DNA from: Raillietiella orientalis
Taxonomy: Eukaryota
Reading direction: 5' to 3'
Assembly: GCA_036172245.1 (NCBI GenBank)
Contig: JAYWIR010000024.1
Coordinates: 1,178,001 to 1,242,000, forward strand
DNA length: 64,000 bases
The translations under genes and the position numbers were made by a program. This document shows positions 25,859 to 38,900 of this stretch, one piece after another. The notes beneath the pieces were generated by a model. It worked only from the letters and a program-made list of their open reading frames with translations. It ran no database searches and was not told where the DNA came from. Within the stretch, counting starts at the first letter, position 1, and every line of letters begins with the position of its first letter.

Positions 25859-27199
25859 AAACGTTCGCTGCCAACCACCATCTTGGAGAATCCTCTATAA
25901 AGGAAAGTTCCGAAAAGACCTGGAGTGGACTTTGCTAGGGCTGGTTAATGGGGATGACGTGAGAGGAGGAATCCGTGACGAGCTTCGCAAGCATCCGCGT
26001 CGCCCCTGCTCGCCAACGGTGCAATCCCGTTGGGGCCAAAACGTTGCCCACAGCTGCTTTGGATCCTCTAGATCTCTAGAGACTCCTTTTAGATTAGATT
26101 TCATTCTCTTGAGTCTTGTACTCACGTGGTCGAGTGAAATGACCACCAGCGACCTGGAGTGCTTCCCTCTCTCCTCTCCGCGGAGAAGGGTTAAACATAC
26201 GAAGGAGGATCCTTCCGCATCATCCGCACTGATCATCGAGATGCGCTTCACTCCTCACTTAGGGTCTCTGTCGGCGTCTCCTCTCTTGGCCAACGCCTCC
26301 CTTAAAAAGCTACTGCTCCTGCCTATCTTCACTCTTTCAACAACGCTCTCCGCGCTGCAGGAAATGGATCACCGCGAAATCTTCCCAGGGGAGGCCTTGC
26401 TCGAAAATCCCCGATTCAATCGCCTCTTCTCATCTCCTCCCTCTGACCCATCACCTCATGCCACCACTCTTTCCGGAACCTATGGCCACCAAGCGGGGAC
26501 TGCAGACCCCCCTGATCGCGACTTCTCCCTTCTCTTCGACGGCGGCGCCACCTCGCATACCTCTGGTGCCACCGTGGAGAGCGTCTCTCCGCCGTCCAGC
26601 CCCACAGTGGACCTTCACGCGGCGCAGCCGGAAGCTGTCCACCGGCTAAATGACACGGATCCGGCGCGAGGGGACGGTGGACGAGTCAGGAGATCAAGGA
26701 ACAGCGCTCGCCGGAACGGCCCCGCAGCTTCTCCCCCGTTCCCCTTGCTTGAAGCGGGAAAACGAGGAAAGTTCATGGAGCTTGCAGGTTGGAAATCCTG
26801 AAGGGACTCTGCGCAGTGTCCAGTGGAGGAGCGGAAGAACGGGCAAGGAGGAAAGGTGGGAGGCAGGAGGCCTCTGGCGAGCAACTCAGAAAGAAGCACC
26901 AGAGATCAAGAAACAGCACGTCCTCCGCCTCAGGGTAGTCGAAGGAGAGGAGTCCCTTCTGCTTGCCCTCCTCCGCTTCGCTCGCCTACGAAGCAGAGAG
27001 GGGCGGCCGAAGGAGGCTGGGGAAAGTCGCGAGCACTCGTCCTCACCCCTCAAGAGCGGAAACAGCATCGCCAGGGGCAGCCTTCGGAAGGGGAAGCGTC
27101 GAACCCCGGTCACCTCGGAAAAGGAGGGACCCCTGCTTCGGCGAGCAAAGTCCCTGCAATGGCGGAGCAGGAAGAGGGTCAGAGAGGTCGGAAGACTGG

Positions 27200-27720
27200 T
27201 TGGAGACATGTTGGGGGGAGTTGAGTTGCCTGGGAGGCAAAGGAGGAAGATAAGCTTCCAGTCACACTCCGTCCCCCTTCGAGTTCAAGCAGGACCGAAG
27301 GGTTGCTTCTGGAAGGTTCGCAGCTCTCCTGAGCCGCTGACGAGGAAGTTCCAGACCCTCGTCGCCCTCTAATGGGAGTGGAGAAGAGCTAGGGACACTC
27401 CCCAGTTCCAACTTTTGACCCTACCTCACTCTCCTTCGGTTGCAGGCCCTCTGCCTTGCCGGCAGCGCCTCCCCCATACTGAACTCCTCTGATGCACCAA
27501 GAAGACTAACGGGGCAGCGTCTGACCGTCGTGGGAACCTGGGAAAGAAGACGGCGAGTCTGCAGACGAACACCCTTGGGAAAGAAACCGCAGCTGATGGT
27601 TCAAGAGAGGAGCCATTCATGGACACCAGGGGTGGACGTCGGGAATGCCGGAAGCGGAAGTGGCAGTACTGGGGACGGGCCAGGATGCTCCGGGCGCTGG
27701 TTCTCCATGTCTTGACCCAA
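27200..27720 (+). mobile_element. Possible decayed L1/Tx1-like ORF1
   Basis: SPFEFKQ resembles SPFEYVAK and PPYEYRK of the other ORF1 remnants. TRGGRRECRKRK resembles a decayed GQ.R.C.KC knuckle. Confidence 0.3.
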
Positions 27721-29019
27721 AGCTTCGCTAGAGGCTGCTTTCCGGGTCATGAGGTAAGGCTAGAGAGACGCGAGAAGAAGGGAGGTGCGGCCCCCTTTCC
27801 TCCCTCCTGTCCCACCTTCCATCTTTCGGAGCGTCCGGCCTGGGCTGCAGAGGTCTCGAACTGAGCTGTATGGTCAGCCCGGTGGGAAGCGTTTCTTTCG
27901 CCTCGTATTCCCTTCCGCTTTCCCGGAATGGCTCCTTGAGGATTCCGAGCATCGCAGTCGGGAGGACCGTTCGCCTCTCCAGAGCCTCCATTGCTTGTCC
28001 CGGAGGAGGAGGTGAGGAGTCGTTGGAAGGAGGAAGCCGTCGAAGGGACTTAGCTCTCCTCCTCCTCTTACTCTCCTCCCCTCCACCCCACCTCAGCTAC
28101 CCTCTTGGCTCTCTTTCACACAGGAGGGACGGTGGAGAAACCTCGATCCAGAGACCATCGGGAAGAGGTCGAAGTTTCTCGTAGCAAAGAGGCAACCCGT
28201 GCGGCGGAAGGGCAGCGAGGCACGGTTCAACGGCAGGTTGCAGTGGTCCCTCAGGCATCGCTGCCACGAAGGGGAAGGGGGGGAAGCAAGAGCGGCGGCC
28301 AAGGGAAGACGATGCCACTCTTGCAGCGGCACGGGTAGGGGGGACTTCGGGAAGGCGGCTTCTGGAAGGAAACCGAGCCAGGGATGCGCAGGTCTTGGCG
28401 GACAGACGCGTTCCCGCGCGGGCGGCGGCATTCCCAAATGGAAGGGAGCGACACGCGAGGGGGGGTCCTCCAAACGAGCGGGCAAATCCCCTTCCCCGCC
28501 CTGCTCGCCGGAATCCTCCACACAATCGGCCTTCTTAGCACCGCGGCCCTCGAGCGACCCGACGCCTCCTCTTTCTGGGAGGCAGGGGAGGAAAAGGGCG
28601 CATCGACGAAAAGGCGCTCTGCACTGCAGAGGCACATCAGTGTGGTCCCCGCGGACGTCCCGAGGTGCGCCGCCGGCAACGGGGACCGCCCGGGAGAGAA
28701 CGCCTGTGGGAACGGAGGACTTCACTACGGAAGGGCACCGGAGCGATCCCGGAGGACGGGCCCGGGATGGAAGCCGCGCGAGGCTCCTCCAAGCGAACTT
28801 CCCCCACGCCTCCCACGAATCACCCGCTTTCCAACGGTGTCTTTTGTGCGCGCTGCGTGCGGCATCAGCGTGCTCAAGAAGATGGGAGGAAGCATTCCGC
28901 GTCCTCCTCGGCTGTCCCCCACTTCCACTCGCCTTGTCTTAGTCGGGAACGCTCGGCATCGGAACCCGAGAGAGGAACTCTCGGGGGGAGGAAAGAGGGA
29001 GAACAAGGAAAATCCATAG

Positions 29020-29345
29020 GGGCGAGGAAAGGAGAGAAGAAGGGATGAAGGAGGAGGAGGAGGGAGAAAATGGAGGAATGGAAAAGCAAGGGAAGAGGAG
29101 AAACGAAGGAAGAGGGAAGAAAGGAGGAAGAGGGGTGGAAGAGGAAGAGAGAAAAAGGAAAAGAGAAAGAGAAAGGAGGAGGAATCGTGGAGAAGGAGGA
29201 GGGAAAGGAAGAATGGCGGAATGGAGGAAGAGGGGGGAAGACCAATGGCGAAGGAGGAGGAAAGGAGGGAGAACGGACAAATAGAGCAGGAGGAGGCATG
29301 GATAAAGAATGGAAGAACTGAGGAACGAAGGAGGAAGAGAGGGAA
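29020..29345 (+). repeat. Purine-rich (GA/GGA) low-complexity tract
   Basis: About 320 bp composed almost entirely of G and A. Confidence 0.85.
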
Positions 29346-32300
29346 TGCAGGTGTGTGGCACACACACGGATGTATCCGCTACACATGTGTACAAACGTGT
29401 CCCCAGCCACCGTCGAATGACGTTGAATTCCTCGAAATCAAAACGCCCACGAAGAGCCCGGTGCTTCTGCCAGATCCAGGCTGTGCAGAGGCCGGATCCG
29501 CACGTGGTCCTTCGAAAGCGCCTGCCGGAGTCTGCCACGTGTTTGCGTAGTGTACGGGCCGGGGTGTCTTCCCCCACCTTGTGTCTGCATGCTGCCAGCG
29601 CCAGAAAGGCATGGCTTGCCAAGGGATGCTGGATGCCGGGCGCGATGTGCACGAAGTCCACGCTCCGTTGAGTGCTCGCACGTACTCGCACGCACGCACG
29701 GGCGCTGCAAGCGTGGCTGATTTTGTACCTGCTTGTGCCCTGAACACCCCGCACCTCTGCTCCGATTCGCAAGCGCTGCGTTAAGGGCTGTCTGCATGGC
29801 CGTAGCATGCAAAACACGTATGCACGTGTGTTCGAGTGCGTAGTGGGTGCGCTTGGAACACATACATCGACGATCAGGTTGACAGCGTGCACCTGCGATG
29901 ACCGACATCCACCTGCTGTGCCGCACGGGCATGGGACGGCTGGCTCTGGTTCCCCCTTCTTTCACGCAGGTTACGGTCCTGCAGGAAGGGGTAAGGAAGC
30001 GGACGCAGGCACAGAAAGACCGGTGATTTAAGAAGGCGTGTTATTCGATCTTCATCAGCGTCTCCGCCGGCGGAGGTTTGTTTTCCGTTCCGATGTCTGG
30101 TAGTCTTTCTCTGTTCCGTTCCGCCCGCGAGATTTGCATAGCCTAGGCAACGGACGAAGCCAGAGTCACGCTGCAAAGATGAATCCGTGCATCCTAAGAG
30201 GCTTTCCGGTGGGGGGTCCTGTGAGGAAGTCGTCCGAAAGCTCGGTCGGGTGGAGGGAAAGAAGGGAAGAAAGAGCAGCCGATTTCGTTAGCAGCGGCTC
30301 CCATCGACAAATCCCAGCTTGCGGCCCGTCTCGGGAAGGAGGCTGTCAGCCATGCCTGAGAGAAATTCAAATTCGGGAAAGTAACAGCCACCGTGATTCC
30401 GAGGCGCAGCGTTTAGCATCTGGCGTGTGAGCCGAGATGCGGAAATGACCGTCCTCCTCATCACGATTTGCCCAGCGTCGGGCCCATCGTTTGGAGCCGC
30501 TCTTCTGCTGTAAAGTCCCCATCGACGCTTTTTATGATTTCCATATCCACGACCGTATTGGCTCGCCCATTTTCGTCTTCCTTCTTCGCACTCGTATTTA
30601 TTCTCCGCAGATTATGCGCGGCTGCATGTGTGGTCACAGCCGAGTGTACACCTCTGTGTATCACGTAAAGCTGCCGTGTTTAACTTTAGATTAGATTCAG
30701 TTTATTTGCTTTCCCTCGGTTTCTCTCTATACGTTCTCGTTTACCGGTGACCTGGATCGGGTGTCCGCGCGCGCGAGCGGACCCGGCTCTGGGAGTTCGA
30801 GCGTCCTGCGGTCAACGAATCGGGATGCGCAGCAGTTGGTCTACGTCACGGCGACGCGTGCGCTCGCGGCGGCCGCCTCGCGAAGCAGCGCCACCGCGCC
30901 GGACGCCCCCCTTGCCCTCCGCAACAGGGGAATGTGCGTGTCGCCCGCGTGCGTTCTGCGTGCTCGAGAGACGCACCTAGGTAGGGGGGGGCGCCCGCTC
31001 CTGCACGCGCGCAGCGCGCACTCGGCCCTCCCCAAGCGGAACGCCGGCCTAACGAATTCCACCGGCGTGTGCGAGCGATCCCTAATTAATCTGTTGTTGT
31101 TGTGTCTTTTCGTTCTGTGTTTTTGTGTTTTCAATTTCGAAAATCTGTTTTATTGTCTCCCGAACCCTTGCCTCGGTCTCCGCTGGAATCCGTGCCGAAA
31201 AAAATGTTTATTGAAACTTTCCCCGTACCCCCCGGAAGGGAAAATTTTCTTTCCTCGCCAGCGAATTCCTTCTGTCTTTTTAAGGTTGCGGTCACCGTGG
31301 CCGAAGATCGCTGTCTGGTGACCCGCGCGGAGAGCACGCGCCACGCGATGGCCCACGGAACGCTCTCGCCGTGGCGCAGGGCCGCACCGCAGGAGAGTGG
31401 CGCGCCCGAAAGGTGTGGTTCGAAGTTCTCGGGGGCGGAAGCCACAGCGGACTCGGAAGCCCTTGCCCCCGGTTGCGTAACCGCGAGTCCCGTCTGGGCG
31501 ATGCTGACCGCCATGGCATTTCCATTTCGCTCTTTGCATCTGTATTCCCGAGATGGCGGCGGCGATCGATGACGACCTTCCCCTCCGCTTCCTCCCGCGA
31601 CCGGCCCGGGGCCTCGACCACGCGGCGGGTTTGAACCCGGGGTCGACGCGAAGAAGGTTGGCATTTCGTCGTCGCTGCGTGAAAGAAAGATGGCGGGATG
31701 GAGGAGGAAGGATGAAGGAACGAAGAAGTCTTTTTGCACCGAGACGCCGGCGGTCTCAACCTTGGTTGGATGCTTCTCGCTTTATTTTCATCCCCCCCCC
31801 CTCCCGACTCCATGGAGCTGCGCGTCTGCTCAACAGATTCGCTCTTCTTCTCTCTAAACAGTTATCGCGGCCATCTAACTTGTCATTCATCGTCGCGTCT
31901 GCTAATGTTCCATCTCCAGCCTCCCGGTTTCACTGAAATACGAACGAAGGACGTTGCACCCCACGAGCGTGCGCTGATCATTCACGTGTCCCTCATTCAC
32001 CTTCGCGTGAGAACCATCTTGGATTTTTTCGGACTCCGGGGAGACGGGCGGACCGTGGAAGTCCACTTTCGATTGTTCCTGCGTCGCCTCGCGAGCGTGG
32101 TCGGAGCTGCGGTCCTCCTCGCCGGCGCCCGCGCGGGTTTGACCCTCCCCCCTTCCCGTGTGGCGAGGTGCCGGGTCCCCCCCCCCCCTCTCTGGTTCAA
32201 CTTCGCACCCATCACCGCGCGCACACGCTGCCTTTCCTGTCCCGGGGGAGAGGGGGGAAGAGCTCGACCCCGGGAGGGGTGAATTTTCCGGGGGTGCGTG

Positions 32301-33549
32301 AGTCCCCGGCGACGGCGAAAGCAAACAGAACCGTTCTCCTCCTCTCTCTCTCTCTCTCCCCCCTCCCCCTCCGCGAGCACCTCTCTGGCCGCTGCAGTGG
32401 TCGCAGCGAACGTGCGGCCCTGGAGCCCGAGATGAAGTTGTTGGGACCGGCCGAGAGCCTCCATGCGTGCCTTTGTTTGGGTTTTACGATTTACGAGACG
32501 CGGTGGCCTGCCGTAAGCTCCGTGTGCCGAAGCGGCGAAGGAGGTATTTGAAAAATGCGCATGGCCGCGCTCCCGCCCGCCTCTAATTCTATCGCTGCAA
32601 AAATAAAGAGATGTCTTTTTTCGGTGCCCGGCGCTCGCTCGGCGAGCAGCCTGCCTTCGCGGCGCGAGCAAAGGGCGTGCTGGTCGTGCATTCGACATGG
32701 TGGCTGCGAAGAGCTTTCCGCCTACTCCTCCACCTCCCTCCAGGCCCACCGCCGATCGCTGGAGTCATCGAGGTAGCAGCAGCCCCTGGGGGAACCAGCC
32801 ACCAGGCGGACTGGGCCTACCTTTGAAACATCCTTCGCAAAGCGTCGATCCCTCCTTCCCTTCTTTTCTGTGCCCCTCCTTTTCCTTCTTTCCGCGTGTG
32901 CGTGTGCGTGCAGTCTAAAAAGCTCGGCTGTTTAGAAGCGGAGTCCTCCGGCACGGTTTGGAAGGTTTTGCGTATCGCTCCTCGTTAGACATTTAGAAAG
33001 GGAAAGTGCGCTTTCGGTTCGCCTTCGCTTTGAGAGAAAGCTCGCCTGAAAGAGGAGGAAAAGGACTGCCAAAAGCAATCCTCAAGCTCCTTCGCACACG
33101 TGTACGTACTCCCTCACACACACCCTCCCTCACCCAAGCACACACATCCTTTGTACGTGTGCGCATAGCAGGAAACAACGCGTGCTTATACACACACATA
33201 TACGTATTCTCTCACTCCTGACCCCACATACACTTCCTTCATACCTCCTTATCGCCCCGCGGGCTTCCCCCCTCGCCTCGCCACTTGACTGACCTCAGAC
33301 CGCTCGTGCATCTGAAGGAGGACAGCGCGTCTGCCAGGATGCACGGAGATTACTTGCCTTTCTGCGAGTGAACGCGAGAGCGTGCCACGGGGTGCCACGG
33401 GGTAGGGGGTACCAGCCAAATTAAGGGGGTTAGGGAATGTGCACGCTGTGCGTCGCTAATAGGGAAACCCGCGGCCCGAGGCATTTAACGAACTCAATGA
33501 GTGAATGGAGGTTAGAGGTGAGACGCGTGATCTAATTAAGAGGAGACCA

Positions 33550-34050
33550 GCTGCATGAGGAGGCTGAAGATGCCAGCCGAAGAGCCGGGATTTCTGGAAA
33601 CGAGGCGAGCAACCTTTAGAGAAACTCATGATCTTCCGGAAGATCCACTCCCGGCGCCCCGAAAGCCCCAGTTTTCTCGGTGAGGTAGTTCAAGGGAGTG
33701 GGACCACAATGGTAAAAATCACATCACTCCCATTAGAGGGCATCCCCATTCTTGTGTTAACGTGCATTAAGATTCCTTGGTGTCACACTTGGGGATCGCG
33801 AGCGCTTAGGGTAACCGATACTCCCATTGACATCTCAGGAGCAGCAGTTTTCCTGAGATAATGCGGGATTTGTTTGGAACTCCGTCAAAGAGCAAGGGGG
33901 GTCTCTCCGGAGGTGCCGGCAGACATCTCGATAGCTGCATCCAGAGGGCGTCTCGACTCCATGGAACTGTAAACTATCAACTTGGACCTAATCGTCAGGT
34001 CAATGAGAGCTGGAGCTGAAGATCAGCGGAGCGCGATGGATGCAGGCACC
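33550..34050 (-). mobile_element. Possible decayed LINE RT core fragment
   Basis: Frameshifted FTVPWSRDALWMQL, MSMGVSVTLS, GMPSNGSDVIFTIVV and EFL*RLLASF occur in the order expected for RT subdomains. No intact YADD motif. Confidence 0.2.
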
Positions 34051-34371
34051 TCCGAGACAAAGGGATGATGGACCTCTCGGAAAGCGAGGGAAGCAAACTG
34101 GTGCTCTAAGAAACACCGAAGACGAGAGGCCCTTCAACTTAGCGCCCGTCCCAGCAGATCCACTTCGTGCGCGTGCCGGCTGGAAGCTCCTTTGAAAGAC
34201 AGCCGAATCTTCCCCTCCACGTGGGAGGTTCCCTTGGGATTTCACGGGAAGAGTGCCAGGATTGCCATGGGGGACGTACCCCTGCGGAGAGCGAGACTCG
34301 CTCCATTCAGAAATCCGACGTGAGGGGAAAGCGAGGATTCTTTCAGGGAGTCGCGTGCGAGGCCCACCGGC

Positions 34372-35900
34372 ACGGCCGAAGAGCACGAACCCTCCCCCCT
34401 CCCTCCTCACAGCCGCATCCTGGGATCGAACAGGTGCGGCGCGAGCTACAGGACCAGGCAGCGACGGGACGGCTCAGCCAGGCAAGCGGCCGCAGACTTT
34501 GGATAGCGCTCCCGAAGGCGCCAACAAGCAAACTTTCTGCGTCCGGAGAAGTGGCAGTCCAGAGCTCAGCCACAGCCGAACACCGCCGTATCGCGGTGCA
34601 CCTCCGCGCATGCGTGCCACACGCGCCGCCTCGATCGCTAAACTCATCTCCAAGGCGGCGCGTGGACGACGAGAGTCCGGCACCGCCTGCGGCGTCCGTC
34701 GGCTTCTGGCCACCTGACCACGTCCTGAGGGGAGCGAACCGCGTCTTCCTACGGGACGCGCGCTGCTGCCCACTCAAAAGCAGACAAAGCATTGAGACCA
34801 CTTCTTCCGATTCCGGCAACCTCCGAGCGCGTGTTCCATCGGTTCGCCTCAGAGACGAGGAGGCTGCCAAAGAGGGGGAATTCCCAACACCCTGCGTTGC
34901 TCCCGGCGTTTGCTGACGGAACGGAGCCACCGCGAAGAACGAATTCGCCACTATCTTCGCGCTCCGCCCATCTTCTCGCCCCGTCCGTACGGAGCTGTTG
35001 GCGCCACTCGCAAAAATCCTGAAGGGCCGCTCCCTTCAGTCGGCGCCAGCCCTCCTCCGCCGCCGGTGGTTCGGGAGGCCCCTTCATCGATCGGGTGGCT
35101 GCCCTGGTTGCCGGGGACAATCGCCAGACGCACCGCTTCGGCGAGGTGCAGCCGCAGGATCGCCAGCTCACCTCTTCGTACGGCTGCCGCAGAGCCCGCC
35201 TCGGGTCCGCCTCCTTTCCCGAGCACTTCCCAGCGCCCCAGGGGTGCTCCCGAGGGGCCGGCGGCGACGCTCACAAGAGACCCCTTGCGTCGGTGCCTTC
35301 GACCGGTTGTGGAGCACGCCGCTGGGCGCGCACGAGAGGGCGCCGCACGCAGCGATCCGACTCGGCACCTCATCCCAGACGCGGCTTCTTCGGCGGTGTC
35401 GCGGACGGTCCGAGGTCCGCTGCCCTGATCGGGGAGGTGGCTGGGGTCTCCGCGTGGTCGAGCGTGTGGCCACGGCTTCTCGCCGGTGATCAGGGAGTGC
35501 GTGGCTGCGCCGAGGATTGCGCGCACTGCGGGCTTCCGCGTCACGGCCGCGTCGAACGTGCCTTGGCGGACGAGGCTTTCAAGAACGGCCGAAGAGCACG
35601 GACCGCCCCCCAGCCGCCGTCCTGGGATCGGTCAGGTGCAGTGCGGGCTGCACGACCAGACAGCGACGGGACAGCTCAGCCAGGCAAACGAGAAACCAAC
35701 CGCCGTAGAGAGACTTGGGATGGTGCGCCCGAAGGCGCCAACGAGGTGCCTTCGGGAGCCCAGCACAGCCAGGGCGTCTGCTATCTGGGAGCACCTGCCA
35801 GGGCGCCCTCTGCGCGGCCGCGTAGCTGGGCTGTCCCAGAAGACTGCCAGCCCACAGTCCCGCAGATGATCGAGGGTCGACGCGGTAGCAGGTGACCAAG
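34372..35900 (-). mobile_element. Two tandem decayed R1/LOA-like RT-thumb/RNase H fragments (direct repeat 34372-34525 and 35585-35742)
   Basis: The diverged direct repeat is visible in DNA (CCTGGGATCG, CAGCGACGGGAC.GCTCAGCCAGGCAA, CCCGAAGGCGCCAAC). Peptides AWLSCPVAVW, AVRAILGA and GELAIL resemble WGL.P.V..W, L..I.GA and AEL.AI. Confidence 0.45.
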
Positions 35901-38900
35901 AAAGGTTTCGAGCCCTTGAGGCGACCTGCCCCACCTCGACAAGGAACGTCTCCTGGGCTGCCTCACTCCTGGGCATTGGACTCTTGGCCAACAATTTCCC
36001 TACCCTGGGTCCCCTCGCGCTGTCGGCACAGGCATCACCGGACGAGAGGATGAGAGGCAACACGTCGTCGTCCCGGAACGGTGCCTGGACTACCTGCTCC
36101 TGAACTGCGAGTTCCCCCGCGGCGGATGGCCAAGAGTGGCAGCAGCCCCACAGGGCACCCGGTCACTTCGCCCCTCCCTCGATGAGGGGGCGACAGGATG
36201 GCACCGCGCCTCCGTCCGGGAATCAAGGGGGGGGGGGCGCCGCCTCCCGCAGTGAGGGAGGCTACGAGATAGGCGCAGCCCAGAAACCCAGTGACCTTCC
36301 CCGTCCTCTGACCTCGGCCATTTCCCGGAGACGGCGACTGTTCGCTCCCGGAGTTTCATCCCCATACCGCGTATTTGTTTGTGTATTTTCGTCTTCTGTT
36401 GGCCCCTCGCTGTCTCCCCCTCCCCGTACCGAGAGCATTTTTCTCTTGATCGTCAATGTTTCCCGAATCGCGCCTCCAGGGCACGCGAACCCGTTTGGGA
36501 TGGGCATCCCGGAGCTACCAAGCTTGAGACAATGTTTCGTACATGCTAGGGAAAGGTGTAGCGAGGAGGTAAAGAAAGGATGATACGGGAGACTGGATGC
36601 TCGGAACATTCTTGAAAGGCCCACGAAAGGTGGGGCTCTGGAAGGAGGCTGTCCAAGAAAGAGGGATGTCCGTGATCCGATGGTTCAGCCTCTCGGGTGG
36701 AAGAAGCTGCCATCTCTTGGGAGCTGAAGTTCTGGAAGGTTTGCGAGAAGGAGCCAGCAGTTTCCGTTGCACTGCCGGAGGCCCGGAGGGCATGAGCTCT
36801 GAGGAAGCTCGGCGAAGTCGCTCCGGACGGTCTGAAACCCAAAGGTCGAAGATGGAACCGGAGAATCACGAGGTGGGCATGTGGAAAAGATGCGTTCCTT
36901 GAAAAGCTAAGGCTGCGGAGGGTAGGCTGCGATTCCGACAGGATGCTCCACGAAACGGCCGGAAGACACTCAATCGAGCGCGGCACCTCCCCATCCTTGA
37001 TGGCTACGAAGAGGAATGTTCTGGTTGACGACGAGCCAGATCCCTGTGCCAGAAAGCGCGCACGCTCCCCTGGTCCCTGTGGGTCGGTCTCTGGGAAAAG
37101 GCTGGGTCCGCCGGAAGGGCGCGGATGAGGCCTCGGAGGAGGATTGGACGTGCTCTCGGCGACAACTCGTCGTCGTTTTATTTTTATTTTATTTTATTTT
37201 ATTTTTTTCTTTCCTCTTTCTCTCTCTCTCTCTTTCTCTCCCTCCCACCCGTTCGAGTGCCCGGTCGAAGCTCGAAGTCATCTGGCAGGAGGCTTTCGCG
37301 GAGGAACCAGAAGCGCGTCATTACCAGCAGAGGCAGAAATGCAGAGGTTTTCTTCCGGACTGCCGCGGTGGAAGGAGGCTGAGGGAGGACGCGTCGAATG
37401 CTCCTCTCTTTGGTCTTCGGACGAACAGCGCCTTTCTCTTTCTTTTCTTTTCTTTTTTTTTCTTTTATGCATTGTAAAATTTTGGATTTTTTCCTCTTTC
37501 CTCCCCCCCTCCCTCCCCGCCCTCCTGTTTCGCCCTCCTTATCTCGCGCCTGTATCACACAGTGGCCTGACAATGGAGACGAATTTATTTCTTTCTGCTT
37601 GTTTCCATGGTTCTTGGAGCCTTTTGTCTGGAAGTGCTTCACCGTTCCCAGCCGCTGAACAGAGACTGATTCCTCGCTCACCTCCAAGAGATGAGCGATC
37701 TCGCAGGTGCGGATCGCCGACGGGCTGACCGCCACACGGAGGGAGCGAAGCGTCCGCGAACTCCTTTCCGCCGCTTCCTTCCCCCCCCCCCCGCCCGTGC
37801 GCTCTACGGGCAGGTACTTCCTTCGTCCCCGGTTCTTCCTCCTTCCTCCCCTCCCCTCCCGGAAGGTGCGGCCTGGGCGGAAACGTCCGCAAGAAGTCCC
37901 CCTCGGGTTTGTGCCGAGCACCCGATTCTCTCCCAAAAGAGTTGAAGGTTCCATCTCGAGGTGCACAGAGGCGCTTCCACCTGCTCCCGTCCGCGGCAGG
38001 GTCGGAACCTGGGTAATCTCTTCTCCTATTTGTTCACCGTCTTCTTCTTTGTTTGTTATTTGGCTCCCAACAAGACGCTCCTCGCTTAAATATGTGCATC
38101 TCGAAAGACACTATCGCTAGATAAAGCTGCATGATAATATCCTGCTTGCATATGCAATCTTTGCGTTGCTTCCTATCCGATTATCAGAGGCTGCTGCTTC
38201 TCAAGTCGTAAATCTTTGAATACCAACTTCCTGAGGTTCAGCCTCCTAGTGAACTTTGGGTGCGTGCCGAAAATTCAAATGGGGAGCGCGCAGGCAGCCT
38301 TCAAGAGCGAGAAGTCCCTCTGGTGGCTGTGCTCCCCCGATGCGGCGGCCGCTGCATCCGCTGACATCCAGCGGAGCTCGAAAATTCCTCCCGCTGCTTC
38401 ACCGGTTGGCATAGTGACCTGGACCGTTCTTGGGAATAATGGCATGTGGGGAATGGGAAGCGCCAGGCCAGCCGGCTTGCCAGAGACTTCCTCCCTTCCC
38501 TTCACCTCCCTCGCCCTTCTGCATCCTTAGCTGGGTTGCTGGCCACCGAACCGTTTCCACTGCATTTCCGAGGGACCCTGGAAAGTTGGTCATCCGAGGA
38601 AATCACACCCCCCCCCCGAGGGTGTTCGTTTCGTGAGGCTTCAGATTGCACACCGAAGCGCCGAGGAAGCGTCCGCTCGATTACATCGAGCGGGTGCACC
38701 CCCCAAATCCTGCCGCCGGTGTTTCCCCGTCCCCCTCCACGTCGACTTCCGCGCAGGTGTCCGCTCCTCCATCCGTAAAATCCGAGCGAAGGAACCCCCC
38801 TGAAGGTGTTCGATGTGTTCGTCGCATGGACGCGCGCAGCCTGCGCAGACGCCTCCGGTCGTCTCGGGCAGCGGCGGGCTTCACATGTCTTGCGTACGTG

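Noticed and set aside
33563..33610. Penelope-type minimal hammerhead (CTGAAGATGCCAGCC...GAAACG)
   Set aside because: Stem II does not close next to GAAA, and there is no stem III/NUH pairing.
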